The notes beneath the pieces were generated by a model. The model searched no databases. It was not told where the DNA came from and saw only the letters and a program-made list of their open reading frames with translations. From contig MU053934.1 of assembly GCA_013239625.1 (NCBI GenBank), positions 10,313,352 to 10,377,351 of the forward strand: a stretch of 64,000 nucleotides of DNA, read 5' to 3'. Below are positions 1 through 12,518 of the stretch, piece by piece. The stretch is from Lama guanicoe. Its lineage: Eukaryota. The translations under genes and the position numbers were made by a program. Position 1 is the stretch's first letter; every line of letters begins with the position of its first letter.

Positions 1-44
1 CGTGTCTGTTCCCTTTGCAACAGAAGCCTACTGGCCGGCCTGCT

Positions 45-330
45 GTCCCTCAAACACACCATATGTGGCTGCCCCAGGGCCTTTGCATGTCCCCCAGCCT
101 GGAGCATCCTCCCAGACACCTGCAGGGGTCACCTTTCCATTCAGTTAAGTTCTTTGCTCAGCATCACCTTCTCAGAGTCCCCTGGGTGAGCCGCACACGC
201 TGCTCTCCTGTGTGCCGGCAGCCATCTGACCTGCACTCTCTGTGATCCCCAGTCCCTCTGCCCACCCCTGGGCTCACTGTCAGGCCCAGTGCCTGGCACA
301 CGGGCAGCACTCACTACGTGTTTTTCGACT
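45..330 (+). mobile_element. L2 LINE 3' end remnant
   Basis: gggcctttgca...cctggagcatcctcccaga...tttgctcagcatcaccttctcagag...cccagtgcctggcacac follows the order of motifs in the L2 3' terminus. Confidence 0.55.
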
Positions 331-2524
331 GGACTGGATTCTCTCACTTGGGAACTTCGGGGGGACATGTGAGCGGTGAGCCTGTTGGCAGCAGGGTTGG
401 ATTTGGGACCACCTGGGGAGATGTGGAGGTGGGGAGAGGCCCTGAGTCATCCCTCATGGACCACGGCGGAGGGAGCGAGATGCCTCGTTGGGGTCAGGGT
501 GTCCCGGGGCTGGCCAGCGTTGCCAGGTCCTGAAAATGCTCGCCGTAGCTCCGTGTTCGGCCACGGTGCCCCTGGTGACTGAGGCTTCCTGGCGGGGTCT
601 CTATCCCTGGCAGCCCCCACGCTGACAGGGCTGCGTGCTCCCAGCCCTCGGAATCCCTTCCGGGGACTCAGCTCCCACGCGGCCCAGAGGCTCTCCCCGA
701 AGTCCGCCCCAGCGCGTTCCCCACCGCAGCCCAGCGCTGGCACTGGGGCAGACTGCGCCCCGTTCCTCCATCCGAGTGTTTGATGTGGGGACCCTGCCCC
801 CGTTGCCTCCTCTTTCCCAGGCTCATCCCGCTCAGTCCCCCATCACCCGACGCAGGCCACCCAGGCCCCACCTGTGGTCTTCATTCTGGACCCCCCACCC
901 CGGCCCACGGGGAGCCCTGCGTGCTCATCGCTGAGGGCGCTTTGCCCCAGCTGTTCCGTCTCTGGGCCCCCACAAGCGCCCGAGCGCAGCATTTCCTTAA
1001 CGAGGCCACGCACCTGGGGAGGCGGCCCAGTTGTCAGGCGCTCACGGCTGCATGGGGACTGGAGAGAGCGCTGGCCCCCTGTTCACTGTGTAGCTGGCCG
1101 TTAAGCTCAGGCCTCTGCTGTAGGGCTCATCAGGCGTCTGGTCAGCTATCTGGGGCTTTGTCTTCAGGGAGGATGGGTTCTGGCTCTTTAGTGCTTGGTC
1201 TCCGTTGCTGCCTGTGGCGCATCTGGGCACAGGTGTGTCCTCAGCCCCGTGGGGACAGAGCTGACCCAGGGGCAGCGGCCCCTGAGTATGGGTGCGTGGT
1301 ACCCGAGCCTCTCCGGGTTTGTGCGTTTATTCGCATGAAGACTCTCCGGAGCGTCTAAAAGAGGAACCACACTTAGGCATACGGGTAAGGGCGCACCTTT
1401 CGTGGGGGAAAACCCTCATGAAACTGGGGCTGCCTTGTCCCTCGGGGACGGGTGCAGGGTTAGAGACTGACGAAGGGGACAGGCTCTGGGGCCAGGCAGA
1501 GAAGGGTTACGTCCCGGTGCCTGCACTGACCAGCTGTGCGGCTCTGGCCGGTCCCTTCTCTCTGGACCCGGCTTCCTCTTCTATAGCGTGATGTGGCCTT
1601 TGGTGAAGTCAAAGCGGATGAGGCGTGCCAGGTGGTAACTTCTCAGAGGTGTGGCGGTGACCACGTTTGCCAGGTAAGTTGGCCGTGCGGTTTGTCACCA
1701 GGGCTGGGGCTGAGGGGGGTACTGACTGGGTCATTTTGTGTGTGTGTGGGGTGAGTGTTTGGGGGAAATATTCCCATAGGATCCACTTTGCACTGTAAAC
1801 GGGGGGCTGGAGCCTTCTCCTGGGTCCTGGGATGAGGACAGTTTACGAATTATCTTGTCCCATCTTGTCTCTGAGGCTGGCCTGTTACCATCCCCACCTC
1901 CGGGGGAGGGTCCCGCAGCTCTCGTGTGATGGGGCCGGACTTGAGCTCGGTCACCTGGCCCCAGCCCCCCACACCTGTGGCCTCCAAAGTCTGGAACTGA
2001 GTCCCCCTTCTCAGCAGAAAAAAAAAAAAGTTGGAGTCAATGAGCCAACATAAGTGTAATTATTCATTTATAAATTACACACACGTATGTGCATTATGAG
2101 ATATTTATAATTGAAGTGAGAAACACTGAAACAGAGATGAAGTAACTAACATATTGCTAAAGTAGTATTCAAATCTCATTCTATCAACAGTACTAAAACC
2201 ATTTTGTTTTCACTAAAATGTTATTAAACATTTTCTTTTAGTGAGTGCCATCTGATTGTACTTCTGTTTTGGGGGATCTTGCCTGAGAAGTTTGTGATCC
2301 TGTGATCTGAGGGTGTGGTTCTAAGCCTTGTCACTCCCGTGCTTGGTTTTAACAACATCAGTGGTCACACAGTCTCACAGACCGCGGGCCCAAGGGAGGG
2401 GAGCCTCGCCGCCGGGGCTCCCCGTCGACCGGGGTGTCCATCCTCCACCACGCACGTGAGATGCGCCGGGATGTGGCTGGTACCCCCCCCACCTTCCCAG
2501 AGATGCCGTCCCTTGTTCTTGTGG

Positions 2525-2596
2525 GCGACACACTCACACACACACGCACACGCACAACACACATACATGTGCACACACAAATGAGCACAAACACAC
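2525..2596. repeat. Imperfect (CA)n microsatellite
   Basis: acacactcacacacacacgcacacgcacaacacacatacatgtgcacacac seen directly. Confidence 0.85.
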
Positions 2597-2599
2597 TGA

Positions 2600-2850
2600 A
2601 ACTTTCCATACAAAAGATTTTTTTCACAGTTAGACAATATTTTCCCACGTGTTTTAAGCGGATAGATTAGAATTTTATAGACAGATGAACGCACAGCAGT
2701 GCAAACGTTTCCCCAAGGCCAAGACCATTCTCAAAACATATTCGTTGCTCGGAAGGTCAGTCTCCCCCTCTCGCTGTCGACACCATCACCTTACCTGAGT
2801 GACTCACGCATCCTGCGCACGGCTGCTGGTGGCGGGAGGTGCAGCAGGAA
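2600..2850 (-). mobile_element. Old L1 (L1M-type) 3' UTR fragment
   Basis: Degenerate resemblance to the antisense L1MC/ME 3' end; heavily diverged. Confidence 0.35.
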
Positions 2851-4008
2851 GGCCCGCTGCTCCCCAGCTTGGACGTGGACAGCCTCCTCGCCTGCCCTGG
2901 CCACCCCTCCTCCTTCCCGTGGAGCAGCCTCCCCGGCCTCCCTCCTGAGGCGGCCCCTCCGGCGAGGGATCCTTCTGGAAGGCACAGGCAGCCCTGCCTC
3001 CCCTGAACAGGGGCCCTCAGGGTCATGGTGGGGTGTCTCTGAAACCTGGGTGCCCGTGGGCGACCCCTCCTTGAGCCAGGAGAGGCGTGTCCTATGGTGT
3101 CCAGGTGGAGGAATGATGCCTGGTGGGGAGGGGATGGCGAGGACACTGCTCCCTGGGCAGGGCTGCGTGGCCGGGGGCGGGGGTGACCTGGTCGTGCACC
3201 TGGGCCGGCGGACCCGGGTCAGCAGGGCAGGCGGACCTGGCTCTTGGCCAGAAAGTCAAGAATGTTCCAAGTTGCTTTTAGTTACCTTCTGGCTCTTTCT
3301 GTGGGGCTGTCTAGACAATGTCCTGTCTCCCCTCTGCGGAGATGTGGTTGGAGTCTTCCAGCAACACCACCATGGTTTTAAAATACGTCCCCCACATTCT
3401 TAGATCTTCTCACTTCAAAGGACAGAGCCCGGTCTGCTCCCTTGAGTGTGGCTGGACGCAGCGAGTCACTTCTGATGGCGGAGCGCGGCAGAGGGGCGGT
3501 GGGGACCTGCCAGCTTCTCTCCCAGTCCTCTCTCTGGTCACTTGCTCTGGGGAGGCTGCTGCCACGTTGTGGGGACCCCAGGCCTCCTGCCACGGCCGTC
3601 TTGGAAGAGGCTCCCAGCCCCACTGGGACCATCAGCCTCCTGCCATGAGACCTGAGCCGGAACCACCCAGCCGGCCGCTCCGCCCCGCAGACTCGGTGAG
3701 ATGATCAGTGCGTGTGACGTGCTAAGCTGCTGAATTCGAGGATGGCTAACTAACACGAATAACCGGAGCTGAGGATGCTTGTCAAGCGCTTCCTGGGTCC
3801 CGGGCGCTGGGCTAGAGGACGTCTTCCGGTTCGATCTTCCCTGGCCCCGTGAGGGAGCAGACACGCGCATTGGCATCGTTTCCAGATGAAGCAGTTGAGG
3901 CACAGAACGGCGGAGAACCTGCCCCATCACACAGCCCCCGGCGCTGGGGTGGCCTTGGAACCAGGTCGGTCCTCCTCCGGAGCCTTGTTTGGAACCAGCT
4001 CGTAATAC

Positions 4009-4479
4009 TGTTAGCAGAGAGGAAGTTCGTGTCTCGTGCAGGGAAGAACTCAAGAGCGAGTCACAGTAAAGTGAAGGCAGGTTTATTCAGGGAGAGACTC
4101 TCCATGGACAGCGCGGGTGCCTCACTCAGAGGGGACAGCGGCCATGAGGTGTGGGGTGGTGTTTTTAGGGACCGGGTCACTTCACAGGCTAATGAGTGGG
4201 AGGATGAGTCCAGCTACTTTGGGGGAGGGGTGGGGGTGTCCGGGAATTGGGCCCCGCCCACTTTGGGGCCTTTCCCGCCAGCCTGGGAACTGTCCTGGCG
4301 CCCGTGGGCGTGTTAATTGGCAGCTAATATGTTGCAGTGGGTGCATAACGAAGCTCAAGGTCACTGGACGCTGGTCTTCGCCATCTTGGGCTGAGCTGGT
4401 TCTAACCAGTGTATGTCGCATGCTCAACGGCCGTATCATTCTTTAAATGGCTGTGCCCTGCCCCCTGCCTCCCGTCTCA
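4009..4479 (-). mobile_element. ERV1-class LTR (MER41/MER57-like group)
   Basis: Starts TGTTAG (4009), ends GTCTCA (4479). TTTATT (AATAAA on the minus strand) at about 4082. Has the gccatcttgg motif typical of this LTR group. Confidence 0.75.
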
Positions 4480-7400
4480 ATCCCCCTCTCAGTATCGCTA
4501 CCTAATTCTGTGCCTGGCACTCCTACCCCCCCACCTCCCTCGGGACACAGGCCTGCTTCCCATTCCCCTGGGGGCACAGGCTGGTCACCTCCACTGAAGG
4601 CTCCTCAGATGGGCACAGAGCATGTGCTGTGCCCACAGCGCCGCGGACACAGCTGCCTGGTCAGGGACATGGTCCCAGCCCTGTCAGGCCATGGGATCTT
4701 GCCCGCCCTTGCTGGGCCTCAGTGGTACAACTGTAAGGTGGGAACGAGAGCCAGGGCTGAGTCTTCTCCACAGGGTGGCTCTGGAGACCAGATGAACCCA
4801 CGGGTGCTGGCGGCTAAGGGGGAGGCGGCCGCACGGCTCTCCGGGCAGGGAGGTCGGAGCGCCTGGCCCGGGGCCGCCTTACTCAGCCTCCAAGGGCCAC
4901 CCTCAAAATATGTTCATTCCCCAGTGGGTACTTCCACGCACAGGGGACTCAATGGCAGCGTGATGGTAAACCAGCAGCTCATGACCACCAGCTCGTCTTA
5001 AAACCAAAGGCCAGGCGGTCTCCCCGGAGGGAGGACCCCACCTGTCCAGGCCCCGGCAGCCCGGGCCCCCGGTGGGCGGCGCCTCTGCCGCCCCTCCGGT
5101 CTGCTTCGGGCCCGGCCGCGTCCCCTTGAAAGTTTCGGAACTTCAGTACTCATCACAAAGCCGCCTCCTCTGCTTGTTCTGCGCGGTTCAGTGTGTTTGT
5201 CGCTGTGCTTTTAGAACGCCTCCTCCCTCAGTGTCCGAGGCACCTCCCCGGGCGCCCCATTAAATGATCAGATGCTGCTTCCGCTCCCTCTGCCGACGGC
5301 CTGGCCGCCCGGCACCCTCCAGGCGGGAAGCCCAGTCACGGTGGCTTTCCTCCTGGAGAGGAGGTGTGTGCGGAGGGGCCCGAGGTCCCCGGCGTGGCTG
5401 CCCTGGGAGCTGCCGCACGCTGCGGGCTGGGTGGGGGGCCGGGACCCTCTCTGCTGGATTCATCCTGCACCATGTTGAATGGTCCCCTGTGTTCAGTTCA
5501 CAAGGAGAGAATCCCAGTGGCTGGAACGTGCATTCTGGGACTCTCTGGAGGGGGAGAGTGGGGCGGAGGGGCAGGGAGTCACAACGCAGGGAGGCCGAGG
5601 GGCAAGGGGTGGACATCGGAACAGTGTGGGGAGCTCGGGGGACAGGGAGGCTGGGCTGCCTGGGAGTCTGGCAAGGACGACCCGTTTAGGGGATAGTGGC
5701 TGTGCCCCTCCTGGCCACCCCCCTGCCCCTTCCACATCTGCTAGTGTGCGTGGGGGTCTCCAGCCCCCTCTCCCCAGGGAGGCTTCCTTTATTGACTGAG
5801 ACACCATGTGCTGGCCCTGCAGCCCCCATCACCGTGACTCACGGGCACGAGTCATTTCTTTGCAGGGTGGGGGCCGAGGCCGAGGGAGACCTCCCAGCCC
5901 CGGCTGCCCACAGAGGCCCAGGGCCTCCCACTGCCTCGAACTCACCCAGGAAGGGGGGCTCCGGGCCAGCCCTTTGCTTGCGTTGGGGAGACCCTGGGCC
6001 CTGAGCCCGTGGTTTCTGCTTGGTGTTACCACGTGGTCCTGCCTGGATCTGCGTCCGGTGCGGAGCCCACCCGCAGGGGCCGTGCCTCCCGGATGCTGCC
6101 AACGGGGCCGGGCTGGGCCTGGTGGGTCCGGAGCCCAGAGCTGTCAGCCCACAGAGGTGCGCAGATGCCTTGGGAGGCCCAGGTCACTTCAGGGGAGGAG
6201 GTGGGGACGTAAGGGTGATCAGCCTTGGGCAGGCTGCGGGCAGGGGGAGGCAGGGACCCCTCAGCTGTGGCCACCCAGCCCCCTTGTCTGCAGGACCTCC
6301 TCCTGAGTCAGCCTTCTGCATCTGGCCGGGCGTCCCCAGGGGCCGTGGAGGAAGAGTGAGAGGCCACATCCCAGGGGCACTGTGTCCTCCCCGAGCTCTC
6401 TGCCTGTGTCCTTTCGTCGGTGCTTTGAGCTCACTTCACCCGTTTGGTCCCTGCTGCCACCTGCTACGTCCTGGGACAGAGTCACTCACCCAGCCAATGA
6501 CTGGTGTGCCTGGCGCTGGGATGGGCGCCTGGGGAAATGAGTCATTGTCCCACAGCAGCTCATAGCCCAGCTGCGGGTGGGGGGGACCCCTCTGGGAGCA
6601 GACCAAGGAGCTTGAAAAGTGGTGGATTAAGAGCACGCAGGGGACTTGGACAGCCCGAGGTGGCCCTGGCCCAGCCCGTGGTCAGGAGCGGTTCCGGTGG
6701 CCACTGTACAATGAGTGGGTGGGGCGGCCAGTCTCTGAAGATGCCACGCCTCCTGGCGGTCACACCTGCAGGAGTCCTGGACGCACCGACTCTGGGCTGG
6801 GCCTGTGGTTTCCTCTCACCAGGAGAGCGCAGCAGGAGCGCCCAGGAGGCTGTGCCCCTTCCAGGCGCGTGGAAGTCTGACTGCCTCCTGGGGTGGCCGT
6901 GGAGAGAGGGCCTGTGGCCACGGGGGAGGGATGGGGGGGCGCAGGTGAGCGCCCTGTGACTGCAGCCGCGGGTGGGACCCTACACTCATCCAGTGGGACT
7001 GACCTAACAGGAGAATCGAGACAATCAAGTGGTTGTTGTTTTAAGTCATGAAGTTTAAGTGTTTTGCTGTGCAGCAGTGCTTACCCAGAGGCTCGGAGCT
7101 GTAGCAGTGACGCTCCGGACAGGGCACCCCAGCGCAGGGAGCGGCAGCTGCCGAAGTGTGGGGACGGGTGGAAGTCATCGCAGCCTCTAAACAAAGCCTG
7201 CTCTGTCCCCTCGCGTCCAGGGGCATCGCCAGTAGTTCCCCCAGGGAGCAGCAGGGAGACGCCATTACACACTGGAGACGGTGCGCGTGGCCGGCGGAGG
7301 CGCCAACACTTTTAGCTGTGTGTGTGTCCGCGCTGCCCTGGCACCAGAGGGTGTGGGGCGTGCAATCGTGGATGAGTCTGAGGCCAGCGTCCCTCTCTCC

Positions 7401-7769
7401 TGCTGGACCTGGAGGAAGGGGAACGCCTGTGTTGCTCACCGTGGCGCCCCTGGTCTCCAGCAGGGGCTGGTGACGCTCCTCCTGGCTCTGGCCCAGGGAG
7501 CGGGACACTAGGGGGCACGGGAGGCCCCTCCCAGCGCCTGCCCCTCCTGCGCTGTGCTGTCGGGTCCCTGAATGTGCCCCACACCTGGGCCTGATTTCCT
7601 CGTGGGCGGGGCTTTCCCGGAGTGAGGGGGTTGCCTGTGGGTGGGCGGGGCGGCGGTGGTGGTCGCTGGTGGGCTTGCGTGCCCCGGTGCCCCCTTTTCT
7701 AGGATGCGGATCCCTCCTTGAGCTCTTCGTGCGCCTCGATCAGCCTGGGAAGCACTCGCTCTTGCGCCG

Positions 7770-8360
7770 GGGCCCCAGCTGACGGGTTCTGGAGTGCGCA
7801 CTTGACCCAGCTCTGCCACTTGGTCTCCCCGAGAGGTTCTGGAGCCGCACTGAGAAGGAGGACCTGCCACGTCCCCGACTGCCCCTGCTGCCGGGGCCCC
7901 GCTGCCGCGCGCGCTCGCAGGGCTGCTCGGGGGCAGGGCGCGCGCAGAGGCGGGAAGACTGGCGGGCGGAGGGACGCCCAGACGGCGCAGCGTTTGAATT
8001 TCCGGTTCCTTGTGTTCTGCGGCCCCACCCGCGCCTCCTCCTTGGGTCCTGGGAGTCGCCCCCGTGTCCTCACAACACAGTCCTAGTTCTTCCCTTCTTG
8101 ATTGAGTTGGTCCGTGTACAGTGCTGTGTCAGTTTCTGGTGCACAGCGCAGTTTTCCAGTCACACACGAATATACGTGTGCTCGTTTTCATGTTCTTTTT
8201 CACCGTGAGCTACTGCGAGATCTTGAATATATTTCCCTGCGCTGACAGTATAAACTTGTCTCTCTGTTCTGTACACACCGACAAATCTCCAACTCCCAGT
8301 CCTAGTTTTTAAGCTGGGTTGAGCTGGGTTTCCGTGCAACCCACAGAGTCCTACTCAATG
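7770..8360 (+). mobile_element. Ancient ERVL LTR (LTR33-like), interrupted by an L1 3' end and strongly GC/CpG-enriched
   Basis: The 3' part ccttgggtcctgggagtcgcccccgtgtcctcacaacac...tttaagctgggttgagctgggtttccgtgcaacccacagagtcctactcaat parallels the recalled LTR33/MLT1 terminus (...cttaagctagtttgagttgggtttctgt..cttgcaacc..aagagtcctaactaata). Confidence 0.6.
8089..8296 (-). mobile_element. 5'-truncated lineage-specific L1 3' end with 11-bp TSD
   Basis: Direct repeat cagtcctagtt at 8078-8088 and 8297-8307. The body is homologous to the other L1 tails in this window (shares gtagctcac..gaaaaagaa with the 57975 copy). Confidence 0.85.
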
Positions 8361-8799
8361 AAATATTAACACACACATTTCTGTCAGACTCTGAGAGTTA
8401 ACCCAAGCCATCAATTGACACTTGCATATGACAAGACATTTGGCACAGTTTTATTGCAGTCGTTCAGAATTTTAGCTCCAGAATGGTATTAATTTCTTTC
8501 ACATTATGTCCATTGCTTTAGGAAAATTATGCCCCAACTATTGGCGGAATTATTGTCCAGCAACTGCACAAAGCCTCATTTTCTCGGTAATTATTTGAAC
8601 ATAACTTACACGTTAATTGTCTGTTTGCTCACTCTTGTTTCTCATGCCCCGTACAAGTTCTCTCTCCCTCGTCCTGCTGAGCTGTACCCCGCAGTCATAG
8701 TGCTCCCAGAGGGGACGGCGTGTAATGCAGTCGCCCAGTCCCCGAAAATATGTAAATACATGTGGAGCCTCATTTTGTCGGGATATGGAATTCAAGGTT

Positions 8800-8965
8800 T
8801 TTAAAAACATTTTTTTGTTTGTTTGTTTTCGAGGAGCGGTAATTCAGGTTATTTGTTTTTTGTTTTAATGGCGATACCATGGACGGAACCCAGGGCCTCG
8901 TGCGTGCCAGGCGCGTGCCCGGCGCGTGCCCGGCGCGTGCCCCACCAATGTATCGCGGCCTCCCC
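8800..8965 (-). mobile_element. tRNA-derived SINE (camelid Vic-1-like) with an internal 11-bp tandem expansion
   Basis: T-rich tail, then gaacccagggcctcgtgcgtgc...ccacca...ctcccc, the reverse complement of the SINE head seen at 61473. Confidence 0.7.
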
Positions 8966-9059
8966 CTGGGACCTGAGCTCCGAAGTCCTCCTCCTCAGGC
9001 CTCGGAGCCAGTGCTCACACTGCGTTGCAGGCAACAGTGAGCAGTGGAGTGGACCTTTA

Positions 9060-10410
9060 CTCTTTTTTTTTTAAAGATGATTTATTTTCCTTTTACTCTG
9101 GAGGCTTAAAGGTCTTTCGAAGCCTTGGAGTCATCCGTTTCAGCAGGACATCTGGGCGTATGGAGAATGCACCGTTTTCCCATCATTCCTTCCCCACACG
9201 CCTGAGATCTGAAGGCACAAGCCTTTCCCGTCTCAGAGGAACTTTTCTTCTCTAATTTCTCTAATTACGTTTCCCCTCCCTTCTCTCCCGGGGGCTTCCT
9301 CTGGGTCCATCCACGTCTCTGAACCTCATCCCCACGGCTTCCAGCTCTTATGTCTCTTTATGATCCAAGAGACTTTAATGACTTCGCCTCTGATTCACCA
9401 GTTGGGGTTTCAGCCGTGTTACCCATGGCGTCTTTTGAGTTTCAGTGATTTAGTAATCATGTTTTTTAATTTCAAAGATCCCTTTCTTGCTCTGTAATCC
9501 CCCATTTAAGAAACCATGCTCAGTTCTTATTTCACGGACACAACATCCTTCTGAGCCTCTCCGAGGACGCTAATTAGAAGTTTAAAATTCTCTTCTGTTT
9601 CCGGCATTAATCCTGTTTCATTAGGGATTAGCTGACCACCAGGTCCTGCTGGAGGCGAGGCTGAGAGGATTTAAGCGCCCCACGGTGCCACTCTTTCTGT
9701 AGATCAGCGTGTTCTGTATCCATCTGGTCTGGAATGGCCTCCAGCAGCCCCAGTGGCTGCCATCAGGCTTTTCTCTCTAACCAGGGGGTCAATAATTTTT
9801 TCTGTACATATTTCAGCCCTGCAGGCCACACAGCCTCTGTCACAGCTCCTCTGCTCGGCTCTTGTGGCAGGAAAGCAGCCCTAGGCAGTGTGTACACCAG
9901 CGGTGCGGCCGTGGGCCGGTGTGACTCTACCGCGCCTGGCTGTGGCCTCGACCCCGGGCTGGGAGTGGTGGGAGCCCCCCGCCCCCGGCCTCACGGAGGC
10001 ACTGGTTCTACCTGCCCGTCCTGCCTGTGTGGCCCGGCCTCGACGTGACGCTGCCCGGTGTGGCCGAGGGGCCAGCCAGTCCCCCATCACTGCCTTCCTG
10101 TCCCTCCCCCACCTTGTCCGCCGAGCCCTGGGGCTCGGGGGCTTCAAGGCTGACTTGCCGGGACTCCTCCAGCGCCTGGGCTGCCGTCCCCGCCGTCTCC
10201 GGCGGTCCCTCCCCTGTGCCAGTCCATCTCATCCACGTTGTGTGTTTCAGAGTTTTCTCAGGTTTTCTGATTCCTAACTCATCATTTCCTGTTCCCCAAT
10301 GCTGCCGTCTATTTTCATGTTCTTAAAGTACTTATATGAGATTTGGGGAGGAAAAAAGAGCTAAGCCTGTGGGTTTGGACCTCCATCTTGATCTGGAAGT
10401 CTCCTGGAAT
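9060..10410 (-). mobile_element. Fragmented old L1/HAL1 5'-ORF1 region
   Basis: T-rich antisense LINE texture ending in ccatcttgatctggaagtc (about 10383-10401), resembling HAL1/L1M 5' ends. Interrupted by MER58. Confidence 0.4.
9782..9985 (+). mobile_element. MER58A-like hAT-Charlie MITE
   Basis: cagggggtc...ttttctgta...atatttcagccctgcaggccacacagcctctgtcacagctcctc...gaaagcagccctaggca follows the recalled MER58A consensus. Confidence 0.75.
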
Positions 10411-10424
10411 TCTTTTTTCCTCCT

Positions 10425-10560
10425 GCTTTTTAAAAGTAGCTTTATTGAGACGTATTTTGCATGTCGTATGATTTACCCGTTTCAAGGGTACATTTCAACG
10501 AGCTAAGTTATTTTTCCAAGTTGTGCGACGTTTTCATCACCTCCTGGAACCGTTGTTGAG
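10425..10560 (-). mobile_element. Old L1 (L1MB/MC-type) extreme 3' end
   Basis: agctttattgaga..ta..ttgcat....atgatttacccgtttcaagggtaca matches the antisense L1M tail. Confidence 0.6.
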
Positions 10561-10912
10561 AGTCGATCGAGTGCGTTCCCAGTCTTCGGAGGGGTGACGG
10601 CCTGCTGCAGGCCGCGCAGTTCGGCAGTTCATTTTCCTTTTGCTCCGGAAGCTTAGCCGTCCCGCTGAGCCTTGGAGCCGTCAGTTTCACGAGGCCCCGA
10701 CCAGCGGCTGCCCATGTTAGGACCACAGCGCCGTTGTCTCTGTTGCCTTAAATGAACGTTGCAGTAGCTGGGGCGGGGGGAGGCATCCCCTCTTTCCTTC
10801 TTTTCCAAATTTCCTTTGTGATTATCTTCCGTCAGCGTGGAATGGCCCTCCGTTTATGTAGGGAGTTACCTTCTCTGTAGAACTTAGCGTTTTTTCTTCA
10901 CACAAGAACTGA

Positions 10913-11015
10913 ATTTTTTTTAATTGAAGTACAGTCAGTGGCAATGTGTCCGTTTCCAGCGTGCAGCACAGTGTCCCAGTCCTGCGTCTACACACACAGA
11001 CCGGCTTCCACATTT
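10913..11015 (-). mobile_element. Short lineage-specific L1 3' end (GC-shifted)
   Basis: tttttttttaattgaagtacagtcag...cagcacagtgtcccagtc is directly homologous to 14841-14910. Confidence 0.8.
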
Positions 11016-12518
11016 ATGAATATGTTTGTCGCAGTTCCCCCAGGAGTTACCATTTTTGTTTTCCACCTGCTGATATTTCCAGTGGACTTTTTGCCCCCGT
11101 CGCAGGCGCTAGCCGGTCACTGCTACTCTGCAGGGAAACTAGAGGTTGTAAAACATCCGTTTGGAACCCAGCCAGCTTGCCGAACTGTGATTAGTTGCAG
11201 GTTGTATGTGCTTTTCTTGTAAAAATCACTTCTCAGGGGTTTCCTGGGTGTTTCTCTGTGTGTCCTCGGTGAAACTCGAAACTGTTCCTGCCTCCTTTCC
11301 CGTAATTATACCTATTAGATCTTTGGAACATCCGCTGAAACTTCAGAAAATGGCAAAACAAGAGCGAGAACGTAGCTTCCTTGGCACATCACGGGGAGGA
11401 GCCGTGTGGCGCCGTGGTCCCTCTAGAGGTTACCTGCGTTTAGGGAAACTTTCCAGGGCTTGACCAACCGCCCTGGGGGACATCTACGGGGGAGGAGGGG
11501 GAGGCAGAAGCGCTTCCTTGCTGGACCATCAGGGAGATCGGTGTGTATCCAGCAGGTGTCGCATTCTGAAAGCACCTTGACCTGAGATGCCTGGAGTTGA
11601 GCCCCCTGGTTGGGCCATTTGTCAGTATCTGTAGCGGTTTCGTTCAGTTGGTGAGGTTTCAGGCCTTACATTGTAGAGTGGGGGGGAGGTCCCACCGCGG
11701 TTCACCTTCTCAGGGACCCTGGCTGATGGTCCTTTCTCTCTTCTAATCTTTGACCTCCGGCTCTGCCACCAGCCCACTCCTCCCCTCACCCCTTAACCCT
11801 CTGTACGCGGCTCCCACCCCCGTGGCCCACAGACCCCATCGCTCAGAAGTCCCCAGTGCCCGCGGGTCTCTGAAGCCCTCCTTAGTTAAGACGCCGTATC
11901 AGGCACCGTCAGAGACCCGGACCCCTTCCCCTGCCCTGAAGCCGCCTCTCCCCTTGTCCTGCTCTGGCTTCTCCCTCAGCCGCCCGGCAGCCCCCCTCCT
12001 CCCTGGACACTCGTGCTGGGGTCCCTCAGGCCCCTCCGCCCCAGCTCGGGGTCACTTCCTCAGGCAGCAGCGCGTGCTGGCCGCCTGCGGGGTCCTTAGG
12101 GCGTGGCGCTGCGCTCAGCCGGAGACAGGTCTCTGCTCCCCGCTGTGCCTGCCACACAGCAAACCTTGTCCTCTCTCCAAGGAAGGAAGGGACCTGGCAC
12201 GCACAGTAATAGGTGAGATTGGGCTGTCCTTCTCCTTGCTGTCCTGCTGCTTAAGGTTAAATGATGTTCTAACACAAATCAGGGCACTTCTTCTTTTTTT
12301 TTTTTTAACAGTCTGAAGCTGTTTATCTGGCACTGGAGGGATCTGCTATGTGAAACCACCTGAACCCGGCACGGTTTGGAGGGTTTATACCGCACTTTAA
12401 CATTCCCTTGCACTGTTACTCATCCTCGCGATAGTCTAGAAATTTTGTAAGTTCTATTTTCCAAGGATAATGTCCCATTTCGTGGGGAGCTCGAAATACA
12501 TTAACACAGAAGCACACA

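Noticed and set aside
1671..1679. Perfect splice donor CAGGTAAGT
   Set aside because: No convincing upstream acceptor or coding frame; it sits beside MIR-like debris.
2040..2450. AT-rich block as a possible enhancer
   Set aside because: Texture suggests an old DNA-transposon remnant, but I could not assign a family or find TIRs, so it is left uncalled.
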